The notes: generated from the letters alone by a model not told the origin. Shown: positions 9,375-18,958, numbered from the stretch's first letter. The stretch: DNA of 64,000 bases from an uncultured Bacteroidia bacterium (GCA_903923905.1 CAIXZH010000004.1:69074-133073); one strand, 5' to 3'. Translations and numbers: made by a program.

Positions 9375-9410
9375 GGCAGAAGGCAGAAGTTCAAAGGCAG
9401 AAGTCAGAAG
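9375..9410. repeat. four clustered copies of the heptamer (G/T)CAGAAG
   Basis: GGCAGAAG at 9375-9382, GCAGAAG at 9383-9389, GGCAGAAG at 9396-9403, TCAGAAG at 9404-9410. Located in the intergenic spacer after the MBL gene. Confidence 0.6.
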
Positions 9411-9530
9411 GGACAAGATTGGCTGGTCTCTTTGAAAATATTATGGATTTAGATAATCACCCAACAAAATCATATTTTAATCCTTTGAAAGGTATTAAAA
9501 TTGTGCATGAAAATATAAACAACAGATACT

Positions 9531-12395
9531 ATGGCTATAGATAAATTTGTGGGCCGCCACATCGGACCACGCGGGGAAGATATTCAGGAAATGCTTAAAG
9601 TGATTGGGGTACAATCACTTGATGAGCTAATCGATCAAACGGTTCCCTCCAATATCCGGCTCGAAAAACCATTGAATCTTCCCAATGGTTTGACCGAAAG
9701 GGAATATTACCGCAAGATTCTGAAACTTGCTAAAAAGAATAAAGTTTTCAATACCTATATCGGGATGGGGTGGTACGACACCATCACACCAGCAGTGATT
9801 CTACGTAATATCCTTGAAAACCCTGTCTGGTACACTTCATACACTCCATACCAGGCTGAGATATCCCAGGGAAGACTGGAAGCGTTGCTGAATTTTCAGA
9901 CAATGGTTTGTGAAATGACGGCTATGCCTCTGGCAAATGCCTCTTTATTGGATGAAGCTACTGCGGCAGCCGAGGCTATGCATATGATGTACGCGCTCCG
10001 GTCGAGGGCTCAGGAAAAAGCGGGAGCCAATGTCTGTTTCGTGGATGAACTGATCTGGCCCCATACCCTGGATGTCTTGATCACCAGGGCTGAACCGCTT
10101 GGAATTGAACTGAGAGTTGGAAACTTCAGGGAAGTGTTACCGGAAGAAAATTGGTTTGGAGCAATTTTGCAGTACCCTAATTCTAACGGAGAGATTGAAG
10201 ATTATGCCTCCTTTACAAAATCGGTTCAGGAAAAGAGTTGCAAAGTGTCAGTTGCTACTGATTTGCTGGCCCTTGCATTGTTGACCCCCCCGGGGGAGTG
10301 GGGTGCAGACATCGTCTTTGGTTCGTCACAACGTTTTGGTGTTTCGATGGGATACGGAGGACCGATCGCAGCGTTCTTTGCTACGCGTGATGAATATAAA
10401 CGGGATCTTCCCGGCCGGATTATAGGGATTTCGAAGGATGTGAACGGGAAAAATGCGCTGCGCATGGCGCTTCAGACCCGTGAACAACATATCAAACGGG
10501 AGAAAGCAACCTCCAATATTTGCACGGCACAGGCACTTCTGGCTACAATGGCCGGAATGTATGCGACTTACCATGGTCCCGAAGGGATCAGGGCCATCGC
10601 TGACCGGGTACATGGTATCGCCTCATTTTTGTCCGGGGAGATCACCAAGCTGGGATACCAGCAAGAGAATACAAATTTCTTCGATACGATCCGTATCGAT
10701 CTGCCGCGCCATGTCAAACGGGAAGATATCGAATGGCTTTCCCTCGATCTGGAGATGAATTTTCGCTATTTCTCAAACGGGCAGGTTGGATTAAGCATTG
10801 ACGAAACCACAAATATTGAGGATATCAACTGGATTCTGGAGGTATTTGCCAAGGCCGCCAACAAACCGGTTCCTGTAATTACTGCAATCCCTGAAAATAA
10901 TACCATTGATGGCCCATTTCTCCGTAAAACAGCGTACCTGAAACAGCATGTTTTCAGTAAATACCGCTCCGAGACTGAAATGGCACGCTACATCAAGCGG
11001 CTGGAGAAAAAGGATATTTCACTCGTTCATTCGATGATCTCCCTGGGATCTTGTACGATGAAACTGAATGCAGCAACGGAAATGTTACCGCTCAGCTGGA
11101 TTGAATTTAATGGAATTCATCCTTTTGTTCCAAAGAACCAGGCCATGGGTTATCATGAGCTCATGGAGGAATTACGCCGTGACCTGGCAGAAATCACCGG
11201 TTTTGCTGACATCTCACTGCAGCCCAATTCAGGAGCAGCCGGTGAATATGCAGGGCTACTGGTGATCAGGGAATATCATAAAAGCAGGGGAGAGGGACAC
11301 CGTAATGTCGCTTTGATCCCCTCCTCAGCCCATGGAACAAATCCTGCAAGTGCCGTAATGGCCGGGATGAAAGTGGTGGTCGTCCCATGTGACGAGCGGG
11401 GAAATATCGATGTAAATGAATTAAAGGTCAAAGCAGAAGAATTTAAGGATAATCTTTCATGCTTCATGGTGACCTATCCTTCCACGCATGGGGTATTTGA
11501 ATCGTCGATTACCGAAATGTGCAGCATTATTCATCGGTATGGCGGTCAGGTTTATATGGATGGTGCCAATATGAATGCCCAGGTTGGTCTGACCAATCCG
11601 AGCCGGATCGGTGCCGATGTTTGCCACCTTAATCTCCATAAAACATTTGCCATTCCCCATGGGGGTGGTGGTCCGGGAGTTGGCCCAATTTGTGTGGCAA
11701 AGCACCTGGTTGAATTTTTACCGGCCCATTCAGTAATGAATAACGGTCATGTTGGAATTCATGCCGTTTCGGGTGCACCCTGGGGAAGCGCTTCTGTCCT
11801 GACCATTACCTACGGGTATATCAAGATGCTGGGCGCTGACGGGCTCACGGATGCAACCAAAATTGCCATCTTGAATGCCAATTATATCGCAGCCCGGTTG
11901 AAAGACAATTATGGCATATTATATACCGGTGAGAATGGCAGGGTAGGCCATGAGATGATTTTGGAATGCAGGCATCTTAAGACTGCTTCCGGTATTTCGG
12001 AAACCGATATTTCAAAACGACTGATGGATTATGGGTTCCATGCCCCGACACTCTCATTCCCGGTTCACGGAACCCTGATGGTTGAACCAACCGAAAGTGA
12101 ATCGAAAGAAGAGCTGGATCGTTTTGTGGATACGATGAATGCAATTTTTGATGAGATCAAAGAGGTTGAAACAGGGGTTGCGGACAAGACTGATAATGTT
12201 TTGATGAATGCCCCGCATACGGCTGAAATGCTTACTGCCAACGAATGGACGCATTCCTATTCCCGCGAAAAGGCTGCTTTCCCGCTGGAGTGGCTTCGGG
12301 AGAATAAGTTCTGGGTTCCTGTTGGCCGCGTCGATAATGCCTGGGGTGACCGCAACCTGTTCTGTACCTGCGAGCCACTGGAAAGTTATAAATAA
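9531..12395 (+). CDS. gcvP: glycine dehydrogenase (aminomethyl-transferring), single-chain P protein
   Basis: 954 aa. FVGRHIGP, YTPYQAEISQGRLEALLNFQT, HLNLHKTFAIPHGGGGPG (PLP lysine region). Confidence 0.95.
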   Translation: MAIDKFVGRHIGPRGEDIQEMLKVIGVQSLDELIDQTVPSNIRLEKPLNLPNGLTEREYYRKILKLAKKNKVFNTYIGMGWYDTITPAVILRNILENPVWYTSYTPYQAEISQGRLEALLNFQTMVCEMTAMPLANASLLDEATAAAEAMHMMYALRSRAQEKAGANVCFVDELIWPHTLDVLITRAEPLGIELRVGNFREVLPEENWFGAILQYPNSNGEIEDYASFTKSVQEKSCKVSVATDLLALALLTPPGEWGADIVFGSSQRFGVSMGYGGPIAAFFATRDEYKRDLPGRIIGISKDVNGKNALRMALQTREQHIKREKATSNICTAQALLATMAGMYATYHGPEGIRAIADRVHGIASFLSGEITKLGYQQENTNFFDTIRIDLPRHVKREDIEWLSLDLEMNFRYFSNGQVGLSIDETTNIEDINWILEVFAKAANKPVPVITAIPENNTIDGPFLRKTAYLKQHVFSKYRSETEMARYIKRLEKKDISLVHSMISLGSCTMKLNAATEMLPLSWIEFNGIHPFVPKNQAMGYHELMEELRRDLAEITGFADISLQPNSGAAGEYAGLLVIREYHKSRGEGHRNVALIPSSAHGTNPASAVMAGMKVVVVPCDERGNIDVNELKVKAEEFKDNLSCFMVTYPSTHGVFESSITEMCSIIHRYGGQVYMDGANMNAQVGLTNPSRIGADVCHLNLHKTFAIPHGGGGPGVGPICVAKHLVEFLPAHSVMNNGHVGIHAVSGAPWGSASVLTITYGYIKMLGADGLTDATKIAILNANYIAARLKDNYGILYTGENGRVGHEMILECRHLKTASGISETDISKRLMDYGFHAPTLSFPVHGTLMVEPTESESKEELDRFVDTMNAIFDEIKEVETGVADKTDNVLMNAPHTAEMLTANEWTHSYSREKAAFPLEWLRENKFWVPVGRVDNAWGDRNLFCTCEPLESYK

Positions 12396-12609
12396 TTGTT
12401 AATGTCCTAACGGACAATGGTATTTCCTTGATTGGTTATTCTATTGAAATGGATGCCCTACGGGCAAAAAAGGTTTAAATGTAATTTTTAAACGGTTTCT
12501 AAATGTTCGATTTTGTGGTACTTTGTGTCTAGATGCCATTTGGTACTTTTATATTTCGATTTTTCGGAGAAGGATTCAACTTATAATTCAAATCCAATAT
12601 TTTGAAAAA

Positions 12610-13431
12610 ATGGTCATTTTCCCCAATGCCAAAATTAACCTGGGGCTGAATATCCTTCGAAAAAGGGGGGATGGCTACCATGAACTCGAAACCGTCTTTT
12701 ATCTGATAGGATTGAAGGATGGTCTGGAATTTATTGAAAATAAGCAAAATAAGATCAATTTTTCGAGTTCGGGTATTCCGCTGAACATTGATTTTGAAGA
12801 AAATATTGTAGTGAAGGCTTATCGTTTACTCGCTGCAGATTACCCGCTTCCCGGATTGGATATCCATTTGCACAAGGTGATCCCCTTTGGCGCCGGCCTG
12901 GGTGGAGGCTCTTCGGATGCCGCCTTTTTACTGAAAGGTCTTAACGAAAACTTCGGGCTGGGCTTAACAACGGAGCAGCTAAAGGGTTATGCTCACAAAT
13001 TAGGGGCCGACTGTTCCTTTTTCATCGAAAATAAGCCTGCGTTTGCTACCGGAATAGGGGAGAAGCTTCAGGAAATTGATTTGTCTTTAAATGGCTATTT
13101 CCTGGTTCTGGTAAAGCCTCCGGTTGGTGTTGGGACAAAGGTTGCCTACGCCGGAATCAAACCGGGAGCTCCCAAATGTGTGTTGTCTGAGGCTATCCAA
13201 ATGGCTCCTGAAAAATGGCAGGAGAATCTTGTAAACGATTTTGAAGCTTCTGTATTCCCGCTTTTCCCTGAAATTAATGAAATTAAATCAAAACTGCTCA
13301 GTCATGGTGCGGTTTATGCCGCCATGTCAGGCAGCGGATCGTCTGTTTTTGGGTTGTTTAAAACAGAACCCGATTTCATGAAAGGAATTTTTACTGAGGA
13401 CTATTTTATTTGGAAAGAGTGGATTTTGTGA
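12610..13431 (+). CDS. ispE: 4-(cytidine 5'-diphospho)-2-C-methyl-D-erythritol kinase
   Basis: NAKINLGLNILRKRGDGYHELETVF and the GHMP motif IPFGAGLGGGSSDAA. The ATG at 12610 gives the canonical N-terminus; the ORF-track start 12523 adds 29 unlikely residues. Confidence 0.9.
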   Translation: MVIFPNAKINLGLNILRKRGDGYHELETVFYLIGLKDGLEFIENKQNKINFSSSGIPLNIDFEENIVVKAYRLLAADYPLPGLDIHLHKVIPFGAGLGGGSSDAAFLLKGLNENFGLGLTTEQLKGYAHKLGADCSFFIENKPAFATGIGEKLQEIDLSLNGYFLVLVKPPVGVGTKVAYAGIKPGAPKCVLSEAIQMAPEKWQENLVNDFEASVFPLFPEINEIKSKLLSHGAVYAAMSGSGSSVFGLFKTEPDFMKGIFTEDYFIWKEWIL

Positions 13432-14152
13432 ACATCAAATATATCAATTGTATAATAAAGGACATTTATGATGTAGAAGTTATCAATCTTAATTTATACA
13501 GGTATATTCATCGTGATATTTCAATGTTGAAGCCTTGATCAAAAAAGGCCTGATATTACAATTCAAGTAAATTCAATTCATAAATTCGATGTTAGCAAGA
13601 TTGAACCTCAAACAGGCTCTTTTTTTAGCGCTAATATTTGTCTGTTGAATAATACTGATTCAACCATCTGTTTTTGGACAATGAACTGTTCCTGGCAACA
13701 AAATTGGATTTTCTCATCGGATATTTTGCATTTTTATTATCCGGATTGTACAAGAAATTTCCCTTTAATTAATAAAATGAATTAAAGAGATAAGATCATT
13801 ATTAACGCTGTTTTCCGTATCCTATGTCCCTTTGATCAAATCAAAGGCAAATCTTTTAAACTGGGCTTTATCCTTGTTAAAAAACAAGAAGTGAAATCAG
13901 TCTTTGATTTCGAGACGGTTTTGATAAACAAGTTTAAGATTAAAAATAATATAATTTGGAGCGAACCTTTTAAATTAGTTGAATAGAAAAGAATTTACTT
14001 ACCTGGAGTGTAGTGCCTACTCGATCCCGGTGGTGACAATAACACTTTACAAAACAGACACCTGCTATCAAGAGAAACTTTAATCTGATATTCTCCTTTC
14101 TTATTGGAAGCTAAAAAAATTCAGCCAAAGAAAAATATTGTCAAAAAATAAA

Positions 14153-14184
14153 TTTGGGAATAGTTGTCTAAACAGTTAACTTTG
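14153..14184 (+). promoter_or_regulatory. Bacteroidota promoter: -33 TTTG (14153-14156) and -7 TAACTTTG (14177-14184)
   Basis: 20-nt spacer between the two elements. The -7 box ends 4 nt before the ATG at 14189, implying a leaderless or near-leaderless mRNA. Confidence 0.5.
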
Positions 14185-14188
14185 TTCC

Positions 14189-14533
14189 ATGAACTTTGAG
14201 AGACAGGTGATCGCTTATAAGAACTATTTTCTCGACTTCTATGTGATGCAGACGGACAACGTTCAGGTAAAAATAGAGTGGACGCTAAATCTAATTCGTG
14301 TTACCCGACAAGTTCCGGAGAAATATTTCAGGCACCTGGAAGGGACTAAAGGACTTTATGAGATTAGAATTGAAGTAGGTAGCAACATTTATCGCATCTT
14401 TTCATTTTTTGACAAAGGGAATTTAGTGGTTCTTGGAAACGCTTTTCATAAGAAAACTCAAAAGACACCGAAAATGGAATTAGAAAAGGCAATTAAAATA
14501 ATGGAGGAATATCAGGATGAATACAAAGCGTAA
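14189..14533 (+). CDS. HigB-like RelE/ParE-superfamily toxin (Gp49/DUF891 type)
   Basis: 114 aa. GLYEIRIEVGSNIYRIFSFFDKGNLVVLGNAFHKKTQKTPKMELEKA is the typical Gp49-like signature. Toxin-first order, with a 17-nt overlap onto an XRE antitoxin. Confidence 0.8.
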   Translation: MNFERQVIAYKNYFLDFYVMQTDNVQVKIEWTLNLIRVTRQVPEKYFRHLEGTKGLYEIRIEVGSNIYRIFSFFDKGNLVVLGNAFHKKTQKTPKMELEKAIKIMEEYQDEYKA

Positions 14534-14819
14534 TATTACCACACTAGACCAGATTCTCGACAAAAAGTACGGGAAGAAAGGACAACCCAAACGTGAACAA
14601 TGGGAACAACAATTTGAATCTTTCCGTCTCGGAGTTTTACTTGAAGAGGCAAGGATTAAATTAGGTATGACACAAGAAGAACTGGCACAAAAATGTGGCA
14701 CCAATAAATCATACATTTCAAGGATTGAAAATAATTCATCGGACATTAGGCTGTCGACATTAATGAAAATTATTCAACAAGGACTTGGAGGCCATTTAAA
14801 ATTGACGCTGCAACTGTAA
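14517..14819 (+). CDS. XRE-family helix-turn-helix antitoxin (HigA-like)
   Basis: 100 aa. HTH segment LGMTQEELAQKCGTNKSYISRIENNSSDIRLSTLMKI. Confidence 0.85.
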   Translation: MNTKRNITTLDQILDKKYGKKGQPKREQWEQQFESFRLGVLLEEARIKLGMTQEELAQKCGTNKSYISRIENNSSDIRLSTLMKIIQQGLGGHLKLTLQL

Positions 14820-15012
14820 CTGAATAAGGTTCTTGACTGTAATAACAGCTACTCAAAATCGGGTTTCAGCACTTCGCTGACGGAAAATTGGCATTCGAAA
14901 AGCGGCATTGCGCAATTAGCTCATAGGTTAAATTGCCTTGCATGTGTAGCTTCGAAACGACATCCCAACCTAAGAAAATCAAATCTTCATATTTGACGGC
15001 GAACAAAATATT

Positions 15013-17265
15013 TTAGTAAATAATCACTTCATCTGCAAACAAAAATCCGTGCTGCCCATTTTTTGCAATTACCCTGATGTATCTCCCCTTTTCTCCCGCA
15101 AGATCAAATTTAAACTCTTTAAAAGTGAGCGCGGATTGTGTTAATGGAATGTCGTTATTGACCGTTTTCACCTTCCGGAAATCTTTCCCATCATCTGAAA
15201 GTGAGATCTCCACAAAATCGGGCATAAATACTCCCGGGCCGGTTTGCTGAATAAATGAGACCGCAAGTGTTTTCAATGCAAGGGGATTCTCCAGATCAAT
15301 GGTCACATCCATGTCATTGGTGTCAAAACCCTGCCACTGCCCGTCCCCGTAAGTGAGTGAGCCGCGGTAGCCATTGACCAGCGTTGCCTCTTTTTGGGCC
15401 GGATAACCTTTGCTGTAAGGCTGATTGTAAACCACTTTTTTCCCGATTGCCAGATGAAAATCGATATCCAGTCTGGTCGGTTTTCCTTTCATTTTCCCAT
15501 TTTCAAAGATTGCAGCACAAATCTTTGCCGGTCCTGTAGCCTCAAAACCTCCGTTGTATGATTGAGAAGATGTTGTTGGTTCAGACCCGTCTAAAGTATA
15601 ATAAATCTCCGGATTAAACTGCTCGCTTTTAAAGCTGACTTTTACCTTTTTTGCATCATAGTCAAATTTGGTTCCAATTTCCAGGCTATAGGCCGGCCGG
15701 CAATAGTTTACATTCAGCCGTTGCAGGAGCCGGTAATGTGATTGCAACCTGGTCCTGAAACTCTCAAAGTTGCGATCTTCCTTCTTTGACCAGGTCACCT
15801 CAGCCATGGCAAGCAACCGGGGATAGGTCATGTAATCCAGATGTTCGATCGTTGGAATAAATTCTGTCCAGATATTTGCCTGGGCTCCCATGATAAACTT
15901 GGCTTTTGATCCCTCAAGCTCAGCCGGAACAGGTTCATAGGAATAGACATTCTCAGTGGTCAGATATCCGCCAATGGCCAGCGGCTGGGTTGCAGGATCT
16001 GCCTGGTAATGGTCAAAATAGCAATAATTGCCCGGGGTCATAATCACCTCATGCCCCATTTTTGCAGCGGTTATGCCACCCTCTTCGCCGCGCCACGACA
16101 TGACCGTTGCAGCAGGGGCAAGGCCACCTTCGAGGATTTCATCCCATCCAAGAAGCTTTCTACCCTTTGACGATAAAAATTGTTCAATCCGGCGGACGCC
16201 ATAGCTTTGCAGTTCAGACTCATTTTTGAGTTGCTCATCCCGCATCCTTTTCTGGCATTTCGGGCACTTTTTCCAGGCACTCTGATCGGCCTCGTCGCCT
16301 CCGACATGGATATATTCCGAGGGAAAGATTGCCATCACTTCCGTGAGTACATTTTTCAGAAAAATAAAGGTAGAATCATTGCCCAGACAAAGTTCGCCGT
16401 TTACGAATGGCTTACCGGAGCAGGCAAGATTGGGATAAACCGCGAGTACCTCATCAGAATGTCCTGGCATCTCGATCTCCGGAATAACCGTAATTCCGCG
16501 TTGGGCAGCATAAGCGACAATTTCCCGGGCTTGTTCCTGGGTATAATAACCTCCATAAGCATTGGGATTCCCTTCATCGAGGTAATGGCGCGGGCTGTCC
16601 CACCACTCCTTCCACGTTTTATGAGTACGCCATGCCGTTTCGGAGGTCAGTTCGGGATATTTTTTGATTTCCAGCCGCCATCCGGGACCGTCGGTCAGAT
16701 GCCAGTGGAATTTATTCAGTTTGTACAAAGCCATCAGGTCGAGAAAACGTTTGATTGTAGGGACCGGAAAAAAGTTGCGGGATACATCCAGCATTACTCC
16801 GCGGTAGCCAAACCGTGGATGATCGGTAATCTCAGCACAGGGTACCTCCCCCGTTTTTGGCTGAAGCAGGATCAATTGCAAAAGGGACTCCATACCATTC
16901 AATGCCCCGGTGTGTGTTAAAGCCATTATGGTGATCTTTTCCGGGGTAATTACCAGGCGATACCCCGCACTGTCGGCCACGATTTCCTTACCGGCATGCA
17001 CAAAGTTAATCAGGGATGGGCCATTTGTTTCTGGCTTCAATCCAATTGCCTTAATATCAGCCTGTTTTGCAAAGAGGGTGGCTACTTCTGAAAACGCAGG
17101 GTCGCTCTTTATCCTGGTCACTTTTGTAATCCTGAAAACACCGGAATGTTCGGTTACCTGCGAGGGTTGTGGGACAATGGCAATTCTGCCTGAATTTTGG
17201 GCCATAGAAGGTACTGCAACAATTACCAAAAACCATATTGCTGCATAGTGTTTGATTGATATCAT
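15013..17265 (-). CDS. GH20 beta-N-acetylhexosaminidase with C-terminal discoidin-like domain
   Basis: RGVMLDVSRNFF, HWHLTDGPGWR, PEIEMPGHS, HVGGDE. Signal peptide starts at MISIKHYAAIWFLVIVAVPSMAQ. The ORF track extends to 17292. Confidence 0.88.
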   Translation of the reverse strand: MISIKHYAAIWFLVIVAVPSMAQNSGRIAIVPQPSQVTEHSGVFRITKVTRIKSDPAFSEVATLFAKQADIKAIGLKPETNGPSLINFVHAGKEIVADSAGYRLVITPEKITIMALTHTGALNGMESLLQLILLQPKTGEVPCAEITDHPRFGYRGVMLDVSRNFFPVPTIKRFLDLMALYKLNKFHWHLTDGPGWRLEIKKYPELTSETAWRTHKTWKEWWDSPRHYLDEGNPNAYGGYYTQEQAREIVAYAAQRGITVIPEIEMPGHSDEVLAVYPNLACSGKPFVNGELCLGNDSTFIFLKNVLTEVMAIFPSEYIHVGGDEADQSAWKKCPKCQKRMRDEQLKNESELQSYGVRRIEQFLSSKGRKLLGWDEILEGGLAPAATVMSWRGEEGGITAAKMGHEVIMTPGNYCYFDHYQADPATQPLAIGGYLTTENVYSYEPVPAELEGSKAKFIMGAQANIWTEFIPTIEHLDYMTYPRLLAMAEVTWSKKEDRNFESFRTRLQSHYRLLQRLNVNYCRPAYSLEIGTKFDYDAKKVKVSFKSEQFNPEIYYTLDGSEPTTSSQSYNGGFEATGPAKICAAIFENGKMKGKPTRLDIDFHLAIGKKVVYNQPYSKGYPAQKEATLVNGYRGSLTYGDGQWQGFDTNDMDVTIDLENPLALKTLAVSFIQQTGPGVFMPDFVEISLSDDGKDFRKVKTVNNDIPLTQSALTFKEFKFDLAGEKGRYIRVIAKNGQHGFLFADEVIIY

Positions 17266-17379
17266 AGTGGAAAAGATTTCAATTTTAAGCATACGAAGTT
17301 AGTCTATTTTTATTAATTTTAGCCTTAGTTTCAATCAGCCATGAAGTTCAATTTTAACCAAATATTTATAGCAGGAATT

Positions 17380-18294
17380 ATGAAAAAATTACAATCCAGA
17401 AGGAATTTTTTAAAAGTGTCGGCCACTGGTGCTTTAGGGGCAATGGTTCTTTCAGAATATGCATTTAAAGCGGCGCCGGTTGATCCCAAAACTTTCGGTA
17501 TTGGTCTTCAGTTGTATACCATCCGGGATGCGATGGCAAAAGATGTTCCCGGATCTTTGAAGAGGGTTTCTGATATCGGGTTCAAATACGTTGAACTGGC
17601 GAGCTATTCCAATGGGAAATTTTATGGATACGAACCGGAAGAGTTTAAGAAACTGGTAAACGACCTTGGTATGGAGGCCATCAGCAGTCACACCCAGGTT
17701 GAAGCATTGGGTATCACACTGGATAATGCCAAGAAAATGGCCGAGGACCATGCCAAACTCGGTGTTAAATATTGCGTACAACCCTGGGTCGTCGAAGAGG
17801 CCCGGACAACCATCGCCAGCTTTCAAAAAATGGCCGCAGACTGGAACAAGGTGGGTGGTATTATGAAACAACATGGAATCCAGTTTGGATACCACAACCA
17901 TAATTTTGAATTTGCCAAGGTAGAGGGTAAAACTCCTTACTATGATGTCTTTATGAAAGAACTGGACAAAGATCTGGTGACTATGGAGCTTGATCTTTTC
18001 TGGGCAACCAAGGCAGGACAAAACCCTGTTGAAATGTTCAAGAAATACCCGGGACGGTTCCAACTCTTCCATATGAAAGATATGTATACCAAGGAAGCTC
18101 CATTCTATGTTCCATCAACCAAGGATTTTGCACCTGTAGGGGCTGGTATTATCAATTTCAAGGAGATTCTGGCTGCCAAAAAAATTGCCGGGTTGAAATA
18201 TATGTTTGTTGAGCAGGACTGGACAAAAGATGGTAAACCGTTTGATTCTATTCAAACAAGTATCACTAACCTTACCACCAAGTTATTGCGTTAA
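17380..18294 (+). CDS. Tat-signal sugar phosphate isomerase/epimerase (xylose isomerase-like TIM barrel)
   Basis: Twin-arginine leader MKKLQSRRNFLKVSATGALGA. Typical family blocks GFKYVELA, FGYHNHNFEF, DLFW, LFHMKD. The ORF-track start 17341 is less likely. Confidence 0.85.
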   Translation: MKKLQSRRNFLKVSATGALGAMVLSEYAFKAAPVDPKTFGIGLQLYTIRDAMAKDVPGSLKRVSDIGFKYVELASYSNGKFYGYEPEEFKKLVNDLGMEAISSHTQVEALGITLDNAKKMAEDHAKLGVKYCVQPWVVEEARTTIASFQKMAADWNKVGGIMKQHGIQFGYHNHNFEFAKVEGKTPYYDVFMKELDKDLVTMELDLFWATKAGQNPVEMFKKYPGRFQLFHMKDMYTKEAPFYVPSTKDFAPVGAGIINFKEILAAKKIAGLKYMFVEQDWTKDGKPFDSIQTSITNLTTKLLR

Positions 18295-18315
18295 GACTAC
18301 TTTTTTAAATAGAAT

Positions 18316-18359
18316 AGAGGCTGTCTGGAAATTTTGATTTCCGGCAGCCTCTGTTTTTT
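18316..18359 (+). terminator. rho-independent terminator
   Basis: AGAGGCTGtcTGGAAA / TTTCCggCAGCCTCT hairpin followed by GTTTTTT, 22 nt after the stop at 18294. Confidence 0.75.
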
Positions 18360-18458
18360 GAAATGCAGGGATTCAGGATTCAATGATCTATCGGATCCGG
18401 GAAAAAAATATTTTCCTGGATTAGTAGGAAATATTGGGAATGTGTTGATTAAATTGTA

Positions 18459-18466
18459 TAGTTTTG
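18459..18466 (+). promoter_or_regulatory. -7 promoter box TAGTTTTG
   Basis: Exact TAnnTTTG match ending 4 nt before the ATG at 18471 (leaderless geometry). Confidence 0.4.
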
Positions 18467-18470
18467 TTCT

Positions 18471-18872
18471 ATGACCGATCAGAAGGGAGATACCGAAAAT
18501 TATTGGGGAACTGCCATAATCATAGTTCTCTTCTTCATCCTTATTTCATTTTTTCCCGGCAAAACACTCCACCAGACCTCCTGTTCCTATCAATATGCCT
18601 TAAAAACTGAGTTTAGTTTAAATCACTCCAAGGCTGTTGCAGCAGATGCAATCCCAATGCCTTCCATTCATAAAAGCTGTTTGTATATTATTTATAATGA
18701 GAATATTAATCTTTTCAGTGAGGCGATAAAGGTGATTGCTGACAACCGGAAAATTTGCCGGCAGTTTTCATGGCTTCAAAAATCTGAATTATTGATAAAA
18801 CTTTGTCTCCCCGACAGGTTTTGTTATCACCCTGTTTCAACAGACAATGAAGATTTACCGGTTTTAAGTTAA
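18471..18872 (+). CDS. hypothetical membrane-anchored protein
   Basis: 133 aa with one N-terminal TM segment (WGTAIIIVLFFILISFF) and several Cys. No recognisable family. Confidence 0.5.
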   Translation: MTDQKGDTENYWGTAIIIVLFFILISFFPGKTLHQTSCSYQYALKTEFSLNHSKAVAADAIPMPSIHKSCLYIIYNENINLFSEAIKVIADNRKICRQFSWLQKSELLIKLCLPDRFCYHPVSTDNEDLPVLS

Positions 18873-18958
18873 ATTCCCGTTTAATTTTAGTGGAATCAAT
18901 AATTTTCCTTCTTTTAAATCAAAAGGAGAACTGAATTATTAACTTAAAATTTTAAAAA

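Noticed and set aside
9369-9530. Possible glycine riboswitch upstream of gcvP.
   Set aside because: No tandem aptamer signature (GGAGAG...ACCGAAGGGGCAA-type blocks) is visible. The spacer is AT-rich and too short for tandem aptamers.
12403-12475. Two small similar hairpins after gcvP (TGTCC-TAAC-GGACA near 12403-12416, and TGCCC-TAC-GGGCA near 12463-12475), considered as terminators or a repeat family.
   Set aside because: The stems are only 5 bp and no U-tract follows the first one. They are too weak to call; at most the second, followed by an A-run, could act on the opposite strand.
16180-16920. 246-aa plus-strand ORF antisense to the GH20 gene. Similar long antisense ORFs occur at 17452-18072 (-), 33123-33629 (+), 38916-39599 (+), 5690-6106 (-), 26597-27016 (-) and 26633-27034 (+).
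   Set aside because: Each lies entirely inside a gene with strong family motifs on the opposite strand. Their translations are low-complexity or Arg/Ser/Pro-rich with no recognisable motif. They are typical shadow ORFs.
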